NCBI GenBank assembly: GCA_036505515.1
Contig: DASXTG010000142.1
Coordinates: 1 to 32,637, forward strand
DNA length: 32,637 nt
DNA from: Candidatus Dormiibacterota bacterium
GTDB taxonomy: Bacteria > Chloroflexota > Dormibacteria > Dormibacterales > Dormibacteraceae
Direction: 5' to 3'
Below are positions 1-8,779 of the stretch, in pieces. The position numbers and the translations under genes are program-made. Every line of letters begins with the position of its first letter. The first letter of the stretch is position 1. Under the pieces are notes generated by a model that was not told the origin of the DNA, did no database searches, and worked only from the letters and a program-made list of their open reading frames with translations.

Positions 1-193
1 GGATGGGGACCAGGCCGAAGGCCCGAAGGCCGGCGTCCCAGGCGGCCGGTGCGAAGGCGCGGGTGGCGCAACGACGACCCCATCTGAAGATGGGTGAGGA
101 GGCGCGCCGGGTCCCGCAACGCACGCATCAGAGCCCGCAGGGCTCCCGGCCGTCCGGGGCGGCGGATGGACCTCATTCGGCTGTTACGGTTCA

Positions 194-895
194 CTAGCTC
201 CGTCTGGCGGCGTCGATCGCCCTGTCCATGGCGGACGAAGGCTCACGGAGAGCGTCACCGTGACCGACCGCAAGGAGCGACGGGCGTAGAGCGCGCAGGG
301 CGACGGCTGAAGCCAGGGCGGCCGACTTGCTCCAGGTCGCCAGGGCAGGAAATGGAAATAGAGGACGGAGAACTCCCGAAACTGCGATGCCGCCGCGCGT
401 CTGGAATGCGTCGCCCGCGATCAGGCTACGGTCGCGCAAGTCGAGGAAGGCGACGTGGCCGGGCGTGTGGCCCGGTGACGCGACCACCTCCAGCGATCCG
501 AGCCGGTCGCCGGGCTTCAGCAGCCGGTCGGGCTTCCAGTCGACCTTCACGAAGTAGCCCTTCATCGGCGTCTGCGCCTCATCCGTGCGCAGGGACTTGT
601 CGCCGGCCAGGACTGGCGCGTCGCGCTCGGAGATCGAGACCTCGACCGCAGGAAAGCGCTGCCGCATACCCGCGACTCCGCCCACGTGGTCGGCGTGGGC
701 GTGGGTGAGCGCGATGCGGCGAAGCTCCTGCCCCAGCTCTTTGACGATCGCTGCGACGTCTTCGGCGGGCGACGACATCGTGCTGTCAACCAGCGTGAGC
801 CCGTCGTCCTCCTGCACCAGGTAGCAGTTCATCGGAAACGCCACTGGGAACTTGGTGAGCTGCGTTAGAAGCGCGCCGAGCCGCGTGATTTTCAC
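194..895 (-). CDS. MBL-fold metallo-hydrolase (GTG start)
   Basis: 233-aa ORF with the HxHxDH motif (THAHADHVGG) and later His/Asp ligands (SPGHTPGHV) typical of the metallo-beta-lactamase fold. High GC3. Divergent from ppk2 with only ~38 bp between start codons. Confidence 0.8.
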   Translation of the reverse strand: MKITRLGALLTQLTKFPVAFPMNCYLVQEDDGLTLVDSTMSSPAEDVAAIVKELGQELRRIALTHAHADHVGGVAGMRQRFPAVEVSISERDAPVLAGDKSLRTDEAQTPMKGYFVKVDWKPDRLLKPGDRLGSLEVVASPGHTPGHVAFLDLRDRSLIAGDAFQTRGGIAVSGVLRPLFPFPALATWSKSAALASAVALRALRPSLLAVGHGDALREPSSAMDRAIDAARRS

Positions 896-933
896 TTGTC
901 CTCCATGGCTTCGGGGAGCCTACCATCTGCGCG

Positions 934-1779
934 ATGGCCGTCGACAAGAAGGACAAGAAGCGGAAGAAGAAAGACGGACAGTGGACGCCAAGGAAAGGCG
1001 TTCTGTCGAAGAAGGACTACGAGAAGGAGCTGCGGCGCTTGCAGGTCGAGCTGTTGCGCCTCGAGGAATGGATCCGGCACAGAGGCCTGCGCGTGGTCGT
1101 CCTCTTCGAGGGTCGCGACACCGCCGGTAAGGGTGGCGTCATCAAGCGGATGACTGCGCTGCTGAACCCGCGCTACGTCCGTGTGGTCGCCCTGCCCGCC
1201 CCGACAGAACGGGAGCGGACGCAGTGGTACTTTCAGCGCTACGTGGCGCACCTACCTTCGGCCGGCGAGATGGTGCTGTTCGACCGCAGCTGGTACAACC
1301 GCTCCCTTGTCGAGCACGTCATGGGTTTCTGCACCGACGAGGAATACGACGAGTTCATGCGCACGTGTCCACAGTTCGAGCGCATGCTCGTGCGCTCGGG
1401 GATCATCCTGATCAAGTACTGGCTCTCGGTCAGCGATGATGAGCAGGAGCGGCGCTTCCTGGCCCGCATCAACGATCCGAGCAAGCGCTGGAAGCTGAGC
1501 CCTATGGACCTGCAGGCGCGTGCGAGGTGGGTCGACTACTCAGAGGCCAAGGACCAGATGTTTGCGTTCTGCGACATCAAGGAGGCTCCCTGGCATGTGG
1601 TAGAGACCGACAACAAGCGCGCCGCCCATCTCAACCTGGTCAGCCATTTCCTCTCGCTGATCAAATACAAAGAAGTGCCGCATGACGACATCAAGCTTCC
1701 GCCGCGGCAGAAACGCAATTACAGCCGTCCCCCAAAGAGCTCGCAGCAGATGGTTCCGATCAAGTACGAGGTGAGCTGA
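934..1779 (+). CDS. ppk2: polyphosphate kinase 2 (PPK2 family polyphosphate:nucleotide phosphotransferase)
   Basis: 281 aa. Lys-rich N-terminus. Walker A-like VVVLFEGRDTAGKGG followed by the conserved PPK2 block LFDRSWYNR; lid region WKLSPMD. Confidence 0.85.
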   Translation: MAVDKKDKKRKKKDGQWTPRKGVLSKKDYEKELRRLQVELLRLEEWIRHRGLRVVVLFEGRDTAGKGGVIKRMTALLNPRYVRVVALPAPTERERTQWYFQRYVAHLPSAGEMVLFDRSWYNRSLVEHVMGFCTDEEYDEFMRTCPQFERMLVRSGIILIKYWLSVSDDEQERRFLARINDPSKRWKLSPMDLQARARWVDYSEAKDQMFAFCDIKEAPWHVVETDNKRAAHLNLVSHFLSLIKYKEVPHDDIKLPPRQKRNYSRPPKSSQQMVPIKYEVS

Positions 1780-1782
1780 GCG

Positions 1783-2169
1783 ATGAGAGTGCGGGACCTC
1801 CCGCCGGGACGTCTGATCGCGGTCGATCCAAAGACCCGGCTCGCCGAGGTGGCACGGCGCATGCGCATCGACGATTCCGATTCGGTCGCGGTCATGTCTC
1901 AAGACCGCCTGGTGGGGATCATCACCGAGCGCGACCTGGTGCGTGCCATCGCTGACGGCGTCAACCCCGCTCAGACCGCGGCCGACGTGATCATGTCGGC
2001 AGACCCCGCGACCGTCAGCGCCGACGAGGACGTCGATGTCGTGGCCGTGAAGATGATGCGGTTGGGCATCAGGCACCTGCCCGTCGTGGACGCCAACGGC
2101 TCACCGGTCGGGCTGGTCTCGGCGCGCAACCTGGTAGCGATGCTGGACAGGGGCAAGAAGCAGCTCTAG
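1783..2169 (+). CDS. CBS domain pair protein
   Basis: 128 aa. Two CBS-like repeats (VAVMSQDRLVGIITERDLVRA ... HLPVVDANGSPVGLVSARNLV). Start is 3 nt after the ppk2 stop, so the two genes look operonic and coupled. Confidence 0.75.
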   Translation: MRVRDLPPGRLIAVDPKTRLAEVARRMRIDDSDSVAVMSQDRLVGIITERDLVRAIADGVNPAQTAADVIMSADPATVSADEDVDVVAVKMMRLGIRHLPVVDANGSPVGLVSARNLVAMLDRGKKQL

Positions 2170-2811
2170 GGCCGCTGGCCGTACTCCTCTCGAAGGAACC
2201 GATGCATGCGCTCCACCTCGCCTGCTGGAAGTGGCACCGGCGTGCCCAGCAGGCTCGAGAGGTAGGCGACACGCGCCGCCTGCTCGACGAGAAGCGCCGC
2301 CGTGAACGCGCTCTCCACGCTGTCGCCCACTGCAATCACCCCGTGGTTGGGCAGGAGCACGGCCCGGTGTGCGCCGAGTCCATCAGCCGCCTCCTCTCCC
2401 AAGTCTGGGCTCGCCGGCGGCAGGTAGCTCATCACCGGGACGGCTCCGCCGAGGTACCCGGCCGCCTCGATGAGAAGGGCGGGAATCTCACGGCGCAGGA
2501 CCGCAAAGACGGTCGCGAACGTCGAGTGCGTGTGCACGACCGATGCCACATCGTCACGGTGCCGGTAGATCGCCGCGTGGTTCATGGTGTCGGTAGACGG
2601 TCGGAGCCCGCCCTCGAGGGCGATGCCATCCAATCCGACTTTCACCAACGCTTCAGCGGTGAGCTTGGAAGGATCGACGCCGGAAGGAGTGATCCAGAAG
2701 TGATCGGCGTGCGCTGGGCGAGCGCTGACATTGCCGGCAGTGCCGGCGACCAACCCTGCATCGCGAATGCGGAGTGCCGCTTCGACGACTGCATTGCGAA
2801 TGGAGTGCTCG

Positions 2812-2819
<8 letters not shown>
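2166..2819 (-). CDS. class II aldolase/adducin family protein (MtnB-type dehydratase or Ald2-type 5-(methylthio)/5-deoxy-ribulose-1-P aldolase)
   Basis: 217 aa. GTAGNVSAR metal/phosphate-binding loop and VVHTHS motif of the class II aldolase fold. Its start overlaps the mtnA stop (ATGCATTGA), indicating operonic coupling. Convergent 4-nt overlap with the CBS gene. Confidence 0.75.
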
Positions 2820-3813
<994 letters not shown>

Positions 3814-3822
3814 GAGCCTAGG

Positions 3823-4446
3823 TTATGCGGGATTTCCGCGGTGAGACTGGCGCGGTCGGCCGGTAGCGTTCGGGTCCGTGAGGTAGCGCTGAACTGCGGG
3901 CCCGAGCCAGCCCGCGATGTCTTCTGACCGGGCGGAGGCAAGCGGTTCGAGCTTGATCACGTAACGCAACATCGCGACTCCGATCAGCGTGCTCGCGGCA
4001 AGGCTTGCGCGCAGCTGCGGCTGGTCGACGTTCAGCTCCCTGGCCAGGCGGCCCAGGATCTCGCGGGTCACGAACTCGCGCAGCAGCGCGGCCGCGCTCT
4101 CATTGGCGACCACCGACCGGATCAGGGCGAGCAGCGGGTGCCCCGCGGGCGAGTCCCACGTGTCGAGGAAGAAGTGCACCAACCGCTCCCCCAGTCCGTC
4201 CAGACCGGGAGCCAGTAGACCAGGAAGGAACTCCGCGGGATCGACCGGGAACTGGACTGCAGCCCTGAAGACGCCTTCTTTCGAGCTGAAGTAGTGGAGC
4301 ACGAGCGACGGATCCACGCCGGCCTCGGCGGCGATGCCCCGCACAGTCCCCCCCTCGTAGCCGACGTTCGCGAAGTGAGAGCGGGCGGCGGCCAGGATCT
4401 CCTCGCGCGTGCCGCCCGCTCCCGGACGCCGCCCCGTGCGCGCCAT
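3823..4446 (-). CDS. TetR/AcrR family transcriptional regulator
   Basis: N-terminal HTH REEILAAARSHFANVGYEGGTVRGIAAEAGVDPSLVLHYFSSKEGVF. The in-frame ATG at 4446 (MARTGRRPG...) is preferred over the longer 4545 ORF because the upstream membrane-protein gene ends at 4452. Confidence 0.8.
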   Translation of the reverse strand: MARTGRRPGAGGTREEILAAARSHFANVGYEGGTVRGIAAEAGVDPSLVLHYFSSKEGVFRAAVQFPVDPAEFLPGLLAPGLDGLGERLVHFFLDTWDSPAGHPLLALIRSVVANESAAALLREFVTREILGRLARELNVDQPQLRASLAASTLIGVAMLRYVIKLEPLASARSEDIAGWLGPAVQRYLTDPNATGRPRQSHRGNPA

Positions 4447-4451
4447 CTTCC

Positions 4452-5489
4452 CTACCGTGCGGGCAGGGCTGCAGCCGAGCCCGAGCCCCGGCGAGCCGCG
4501 ACGAGCTCGCCAAGCCCCATGAGCAGCAAGCCCCCGGCCAGCCACGCGCTAAGCACTATCAGGGGATTTTCGAGCCCGGCTCCGTCGAAATACAGGGCGC
4601 CGCGCAGCCCGCTGTAGAGCTGACCGGCCGGCATCCAGGGCGCAAGCCACCGGTAGAAGTCGGGCAGGAGCTGGCTGCCCGCGGGACCTCCCGACGACAC
4701 CAGGTCGAGCAGAACCACGACCAGGGCTGCCAGGCCGAGCCCGGCACGTCCCAGCAGGCGCGCGCTGCCGGCGACAGCCGCGCCCACCGCCGCCGCGGCG
4801 AGCATGACCATGCCGGTTGCAGTCCAGAAACCGGTGCCGTAATCGTCGGCGATCCACGCCGCCGTGCCCATTGCCGTGAGCCCGCCAAGGACGGCAAAGG
4901 CCAGCACCACCACCAGCCGCGGCCCGAATCCTGCGTCGGGCGCCGTGCCGAGGAGCGCCGCCTGCGCCACCAGCGCGGAGACGATGACCGCCACGACGAC
5001 AAAGAAAAGGATCAACCCGTGCGCATCGCCGGCGGCGAAGGGGTGAACCGTCTCCACATCGACGGTCGCGCCCTGGCCCTTGAAGACGTTTGTGAAGGCT
5101 GCCGTGATCACGCCGGTCGCTGCGTCCCCGGCCGCCCCGGCCAGGATCAGCCGTGGGCTGGACCCACCGAGCACAAGCACGCCGTCCACAGCGCGGGAAT
5201 CGACGGCAGCCCTGGCATCCGCTTCTGAGGCGAACGTTGTGAACTCGAATGCGCCCGGCGCGTTGGTCCCAAAGGCGGTCGAGATCTGCTGCAACGCGGG
5301 TGCCGGACCCACCAGGCCGACCGGGATGTCGTGAGGGCGCGGATCGCGGACTGCGGTTCCGATCAACCCCAGCAGCGCGACCAGCAGGGCGAGGCCGCCG
5401 ACCAGCGGCGGAACCAGCATCCTCACCCCGTCGCGCGGCCCCGAATGTCCAACCGCTTCGCTTCGATTCATGGTCCCCGTGCGTGCCAT
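4452..5489 (-). CDS. integral membrane protein (ABC-2/YhgE-Pip-like permease topology: N-terminal TM, large extracytoplasmic loop, 5 C-terminal TMs)
   Basis: The 350-aa ORF is trimmed to the ATG at 5489, which is preceded by GGAGGAG (revcomp of ctcctcc 5498-5504). The hydrophobic segment pattern suggests 6 TMs. It lies upstream of and co-oriented with the TetR gene, a typical TetR-regulated efflux/permease arrangement. Confidence 0.55.
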   Translation of the reverse strand: MARTGTMNRSEAVGHSGPRDGVRMLVPPLVGGLALLVALLGLIGTAVRDPRPHDIPVGLVGPAPALQQISTAFGTNAPGAFEFTTFASEADARAAVDSRAVDGVLVLGGSSPRLILAGAAGDAATGVITAAFTNVFKGQGATVDVETVHPFAAGDAHGLILFFVVVAVIVSALVAQAALLGTAPDAGFGPRLVVVLAFAVLGGLTAMGTAAWIADDYGTGFWTATGMVMLAAAAVGAAVAGSARLLGRAGLGLAALVVVLLDLVSSGGPAGSQLLPDFYRWLAPWMPAGQLYSGLRGALYFDGAGLENPLIVLSAWLAGGLLLMGLGELVAARRGSGSAAALPAR

Positions 5490-5505
5490 TGCCGTCTCCT
5501 CCACT

Positions 5506-5541
5506 AATTCAACGCTGGTTGAATTCTACAGCCGTTGAATT
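5506..5541. promoter_or_regulatory. palindromic operator candidate AATTCAAC-GCTG-GTTGAATT plus a third GTTGAATT half-site
   Basis: Perfect 8-bp inverted repeat with 4-bp spacer at 5506-5525. An additional direct copy of the GTTGAATT half-site sits at 5534-5541. The repeat lies in the 85-bp promoter region of the membrane-protein/TetR operon. Confidence 0.45.
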
Positions 5542-5574
5542 AGCGATGTCAAGGGGCGGGGGCGCGCGGCCTGC

Positions 5575-6726
5575 TTAGAAGAGGCCAGTGAGCCAGCGGC
5601 GCAGCGGCTTCGGTCCAGGGGGCTCGTGGTAGGGCGGCAGCAGCCTCGCCACGGCCTCTGCGCCAAGGCGGTGAATCTCGTCCACCGTCTTCCCGGCGGT
5701 CGGGATCGGCTCGCCGATATACACGCCGATCCTCTTTCCCAGCCACACGTCTTTGGGACCGGAAAGGCCCACGGGGACGACTGGGATCCCGCCCCCGGCC
5801 GCAAAGTGGGCGAAGCCCTTCTTGAAGGGAAGGAGCTCGCCCTCCCGCGGCCCGAAATCGCCTTCCGGGAACAGCGCGAGCGCACCGCCAAGCGAAAAAC
5901 AGCGACCGACGTGCCGAAAGAGAACCTGTGGGTCGCGCACCGCCCGCTCAACGGGGATGATCCCCCCAGTGGCCCGTACGAGCGCCCACTCCAGCTTTCT
6001 CCTCATCATTCCGGTGGGGTCGGCCAGCAGGTGAATCCGCGGCTCGATCGGGAAGACCATCAGCACGGTCATCGCGTCCAGCCAGCCGAGGTGGTTGGCG
6101 ATGACGATGTAGGTGCCCTTACGCGGAATGTGCTCGCGACCGTGGACGTCGAAACGGAAAGCCAGGCGCAGGGCGGGGATGGTGACAAGTCTCACCAGGC
6201 GATAGGTCAGCGTTGCCCGGCGACCCACGGGCAGCAGATCCGCCGGCGGGACGGCACCGCTCGTCCGCCCTGCGGCGGCCGCCTCGGCGTTGGGGCGCCA
6301 GCGCAGCGAGTTCCAGTCATCGCTCAACGACACCTGCGTGACGGCGACCAGACCGGCGGCGTGCAGCACGCCCCAGCCGTGGTCGCGACTGAGGTCGGCG
6401 ACCGGGCCCTGCTTCGGGTTCGGGTAAGCCATCCACAGGACGCCGCCCGGTTTCAATGCGCCAAGCGCGGCGCCGGCATCCCTCTCGAGCTGCGCGCGGT
6501 CGCGGGCGAAGAGCTGGACCACGTCGTTCGGACCGTTGGCTTGTTCATCGGCGACCGCGCCTTCCGGAAGGGGACGCAGATCCTCCAGGTATCCGGGCGG
6601 CGCGTTGAGGATCAGAACCCGCTGGCCGGCCTGGATGAGGAGCTTGCGGCTGAGCGCCGATTCCGCCACGCGGGCATTATCGGCGGTGTTCATTTTCAGG
6701 TCCGCCACATCTAACCTGGCTGCCAT
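5575..6726 (-). CDS. DUF3052-like domain fused to 1-acyl-sn-glycerol-3-phosphate acyltransferase (LPLAT/PlsC family)
   Basis: C-terminal ~230 aa carry the LPLAT acyltransferase motifs HxxxxD (ANHLGWLD), the FPEG block (ALFPEGDFGP) and VPVG. N-terminal ~130 aa (RVLILNAPPGY...DVVQLFARDRAQLER...LKPGGVLWMAYPNPK...DWNSLRWRP) match the DUF3052 pattern. No stop codon separates the two domains. The start is set at ATG 6726 (alternative 6693). The extra 146 R-rich aa of the 7164 ORF are rejected. Confidence 0.65.
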   Translation of the reverse strand: MAARLDVADLKMNTADNARVAESALSRKLLIQAGQRVLILNAPPGYLEDLRPLPEGAVADEQANGPNDVVQLFARDRAQLERDAGAALGALKPGGVLWMAYPNPKQGPVADLSRDHGWGVLHAAGLVAVTQVSLSDDWNSLRWRPNAEAAAAGRTSGAVPPADLLPVGRRATLTYRLVRLVTIPALRLAFRFDVHGREHIPRKGTYIVIANHLGWLDAMTVLMVFPIEPRIHLLADPTGMMRRKLEWALVRATGGIIPVERAVRDPQVLFRHVGRCFSLGGALALFPEGDFGPREGELLPFKKGFAHFAAGGGIPVVPVGLSGPKDVWLGKRIGVYIGEPIPTAGKTVDEIHRLGAEAVARLLPPYHEPPGPKPLRRWLTGLF

Positions 6727-6809
6727 GGGATGGGTACTGAGTGAAAGCGGCGAAACCTGACCGGCGGTCGGTCCTGTCGCCGGACGGCCGGATCGCCGCC
6801 GGCGCCAGG

Positions 6810-7799
6810 CCGATGGACGAGGAAATTGTGCTGGAGGCTCTGCGCTGGATGCTCCTGTCCAGAGCCTACGACGAGAGAGCCACCGCGCTCCAGCGCCAGG
6901 GCGCTTACGGTGTCTTCTCTCCCAGCCTTGGTCAGGAAGCGTCAGTGATCGGGTCGGCCATGGCCCTCGACCCGAGCCGCGACTGGCTCGTCCCTCAGTA
7001 CCGGGAGACCATGGCCGTCGTCCACCACGGATATCCGCTGGAGCGGATCGCCGCCACCTACATGGGCCGCTCGACCGAAGCCGCGCGCATCCCTGACGGC
7101 GTGAACGTGCTCCCCACGCAGATCGCGCTCGCCGCCCAGCTCCCGCACGCGGTCGGCCTCGCATGGGGCCTCAAGCTCCAGGGCCGCGACTCGGTTGTGA
7201 TGACCTACATCGGCGACGGCGGATCGTCGGAGGGCGATTTCCACGAAGCCCTGAACCTGGCCGGCGTGCAGCGAGCGCCGATCGTGTTCTTCATGCAGAA
7301 CAACCAGTGGGCCATCTCCACACCGCGTCGCGCGCAATCAGCGGCGACCAGCTTTGCGCTGCGCGCTGCCGGATATGGTTTTCCAGGCGCGGAGGTCGAT
7401 GGCAACGACCTGATGGCTGTTTACGAAGCGACAGTCGAAGCAATCGGACGCGCGCGTGCCGGCGAAGGTCCGACGCTCATCGAGTCGGTCACGTACCGAA
7501 TGGGTTTCCACAACACGACCGACAACCCGAGCCTCTACGAGGACCCAGCGGGACGGCTCGATGCTCAGCGGCGCGATCCGATCGAAAGGGTCATCAAGTA
7601 CCTCACGTCGCTCGGCCTGTGGAGCGAGGAGCAGGACGAGGAGACTCGGGCGAGCGTCAGGCTCGAGGTCGATGCCGCAATCGAAAAGGGGCTGACGTTT
7701 CCGCCGCTCGAGGCGCGCCACCTTTTCGAGAACGTCTATGCAGACCCGCCGGAGCGGCTGCGCCGGCAGCGCGACTCGCTGCTGTCAGAGGGGCGGTAA
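6810..7799 (+). CDS. TPP-dependent 2-oxoacid/pyruvate/acetoin dehydrogenase E1 component alpha subunit
   Basis: TPP-binding motif YIGDGGSSEGDFHEALNLAGVQRAPIVFFMQNNQWAIST. N-terminus MDEEIVLEALRWMLLSRAYDER fits E1-alpha family starts. A longer in-frame GTG at 6741 is possible. Confidence 0.85.
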   Translation, partial: PMDEEIVLEALRWMLLSRAYDERATALQRQGAYGVFSPSLGQEASVIGSAMALDPSRDWLVPQYRETMAVVHHGYPLERIAATYMGRSTEAARIPDGVNVLPTQIALAAQLPHAVGLAWGLKLQGRDSVVMTYIGDGGSSEGDFHEALNLAGVQRAPIVFFMQNNQWAISTPRRAQSAATSFALRAAGYGFPGAEVDGNDLMAVYEATVEAIGRARAGEGPTLIESVTYRMGFHNTTDNPSLYEDPAGRLDAQRRDPIERVIKYLTSLGLWSEEQDEETRASVRLEVDAAIEKGLTFPPLEARHLFENVYADPPERLRRQRDSLLSEGR

Positions 7800-7801
7800 C
7801 C

Positions 7802-8779
7802 ACGCCGCAGCGAAACATCATCGAAGCGATCAACAACGCTCTCGATGAGGAGATGCAGCGCGACCCCAGGGTGATGATCCTCGGCCTGGACGTGGGCAAG
7901 CTCGGCGGTGTGTTCCGCGCCACCTCTGGCCTCGTGGACAAGTACGGATCGGATCGCGTCGTCGACACGCCGCTGGCCGAGGCGGCCATCATCGGAGCCT
8001 CGCTGGGGCTTGCCATCTCAGGCCTGGTGCCGGTGGCCGAGATCCAGTTCCTTGGCTTCACCGCCCAGGGCTTCCACCAGATCGGCCCGCAGCTGGCGAG
8101 GTATCGGGTGCGCTCACGCGGCCGCTTCCACTGCCAGGTCACGATCCGTGCGCCGTTCGGGGGCGGCATCACGAGCCCAGAGTTTCACTCCGATGCAGTC
8201 GAGGCCCAGTTCGTCCAGTCGCCGGGGATCAAGGTCGTGATGCCTTCCAACGCCTATGACGCCAAAGGGCTGCTGCTCGAAGCCATTCGCGACCCAGATC
8301 CAGTCCTCTTCTGCGAGCCTGACCGGCTCTATCGCCTCGGTCGCATGGAAGTCCCGGATGGGAGCTACACGGTTCCATTCGGCAAGGCTGCGGTCATTCG
8401 TGAAGGCAAGGACGTGACGCTGGTCGCGTGGAGCGCGGCCATCGAGCTGTGCCAGCGGGCCGCGGACCAGCTCGCGGAGAAGGGCGTCTCGGCCGCGCTT
8501 GTCGACCTTAGGACGTTGGTGCCGTTCGACGTCGAGACCGTCGTCAGCGCAGTCGCGAGCACCGGCCGGTGCGTGGTCGTTCATGAGGCGCCGCTGAGCG
8601 CGGGATTCGGCGCCGAGGTGGTGGCCACGCTGGCCACGGAGGCCTTCTACGACCTCGAGGCGCCGATTCAACGCGTGGCAGCCTTCGACGTTCCGTACCC
8701 GAGCTCTCCACTCGAGGGTTATTACCTGCCGACTGTGGAGCGGGTGGTCGCAGCCGCCCTGCAGACGCTCAGCAGCTGA
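7802..8779 (+). CDS. TPP-dependent dehydrogenase E1 component beta subunit (transketolase-like)
   Basis: Conserved E1-beta N-terminus NIIEAINNALDEEMQRDPRVMILGLDVGKLGGVFRATSGL and C-terminal transketolase domain. Starts directly after the alpha stop. No ATG/GTG/TTG lies before the conserved N-terminus; the first canonical ATG is at 7853 (see findings). Confidence 0.8.
   Translation, partial: TPQRNIIEAINNALDEEMQRDPRVMILGLDVGKLGGVFRATSGLVDKYGSDRVVDTPLAEAAIIGASLGLAISGLVPVAEIQFLGFTAQGFHQIGPQLARYRVRSRGRFHCQVTIRAPFGGGITSPEFHSDAVEAQFVQSPGIKVVMPSNAYDAKGLLLEAIRDPDPVLFCEPDRLYRLGRMEVPDGSYTVPFGKAAVIREGKDVTLVAWSAAIELCQRAADQLAEKGVSAALVDLRTLVPFDVETVVSAVASTGRCVVVHEAPLSAGFGAEVVATLATEAFYDLEAPIQRVAAFDVPYPSSPLEGYYLPTVERVVAAALQTLSS

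Noticed and set aside
1-193. Possible gene fragment at the left window edge (ORF 3-197)
   Set aside because: Translations in all frames are low-complexity or interrupted by stops. No start/stop context supports a partial gene, so the region is left unannotated.
94-708. 204-aa Arg-rich ORF on + strand, plus several similar 60-330-aa ORFs antisense to mtnA, the TetR gene, the membrane protein gene and others (e.g. 2642-3409, 2774-3766, 4005-4617, 5626-6714, 11667-12584)
   Set aside because: These are shadow ORFs typical of about 70% GC DNA. They are Arg/Pro/Ala-rich, lack domain-like motifs, and overlap well-supported genes on the opposite strand or in another frame.
6727-7164. 146-aa N-terminal extension of the acyltransferase ORF (MRGRPRAGAGRRARSAW...)
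   Set aside because: Arg-rich low-complexity sequence running antisense through the E1-alpha gene. The domain-bearing protein starts at ATG 6726 or 6693.
7163-7798. 5'-part of the 538-aa + strand ORF (frame 2) overlapping the E1-alpha gene
   Set aside because: Out-of-frame overlap with a strongly supported gene. E1-beta homology begins only after the alpha stop at 7799.
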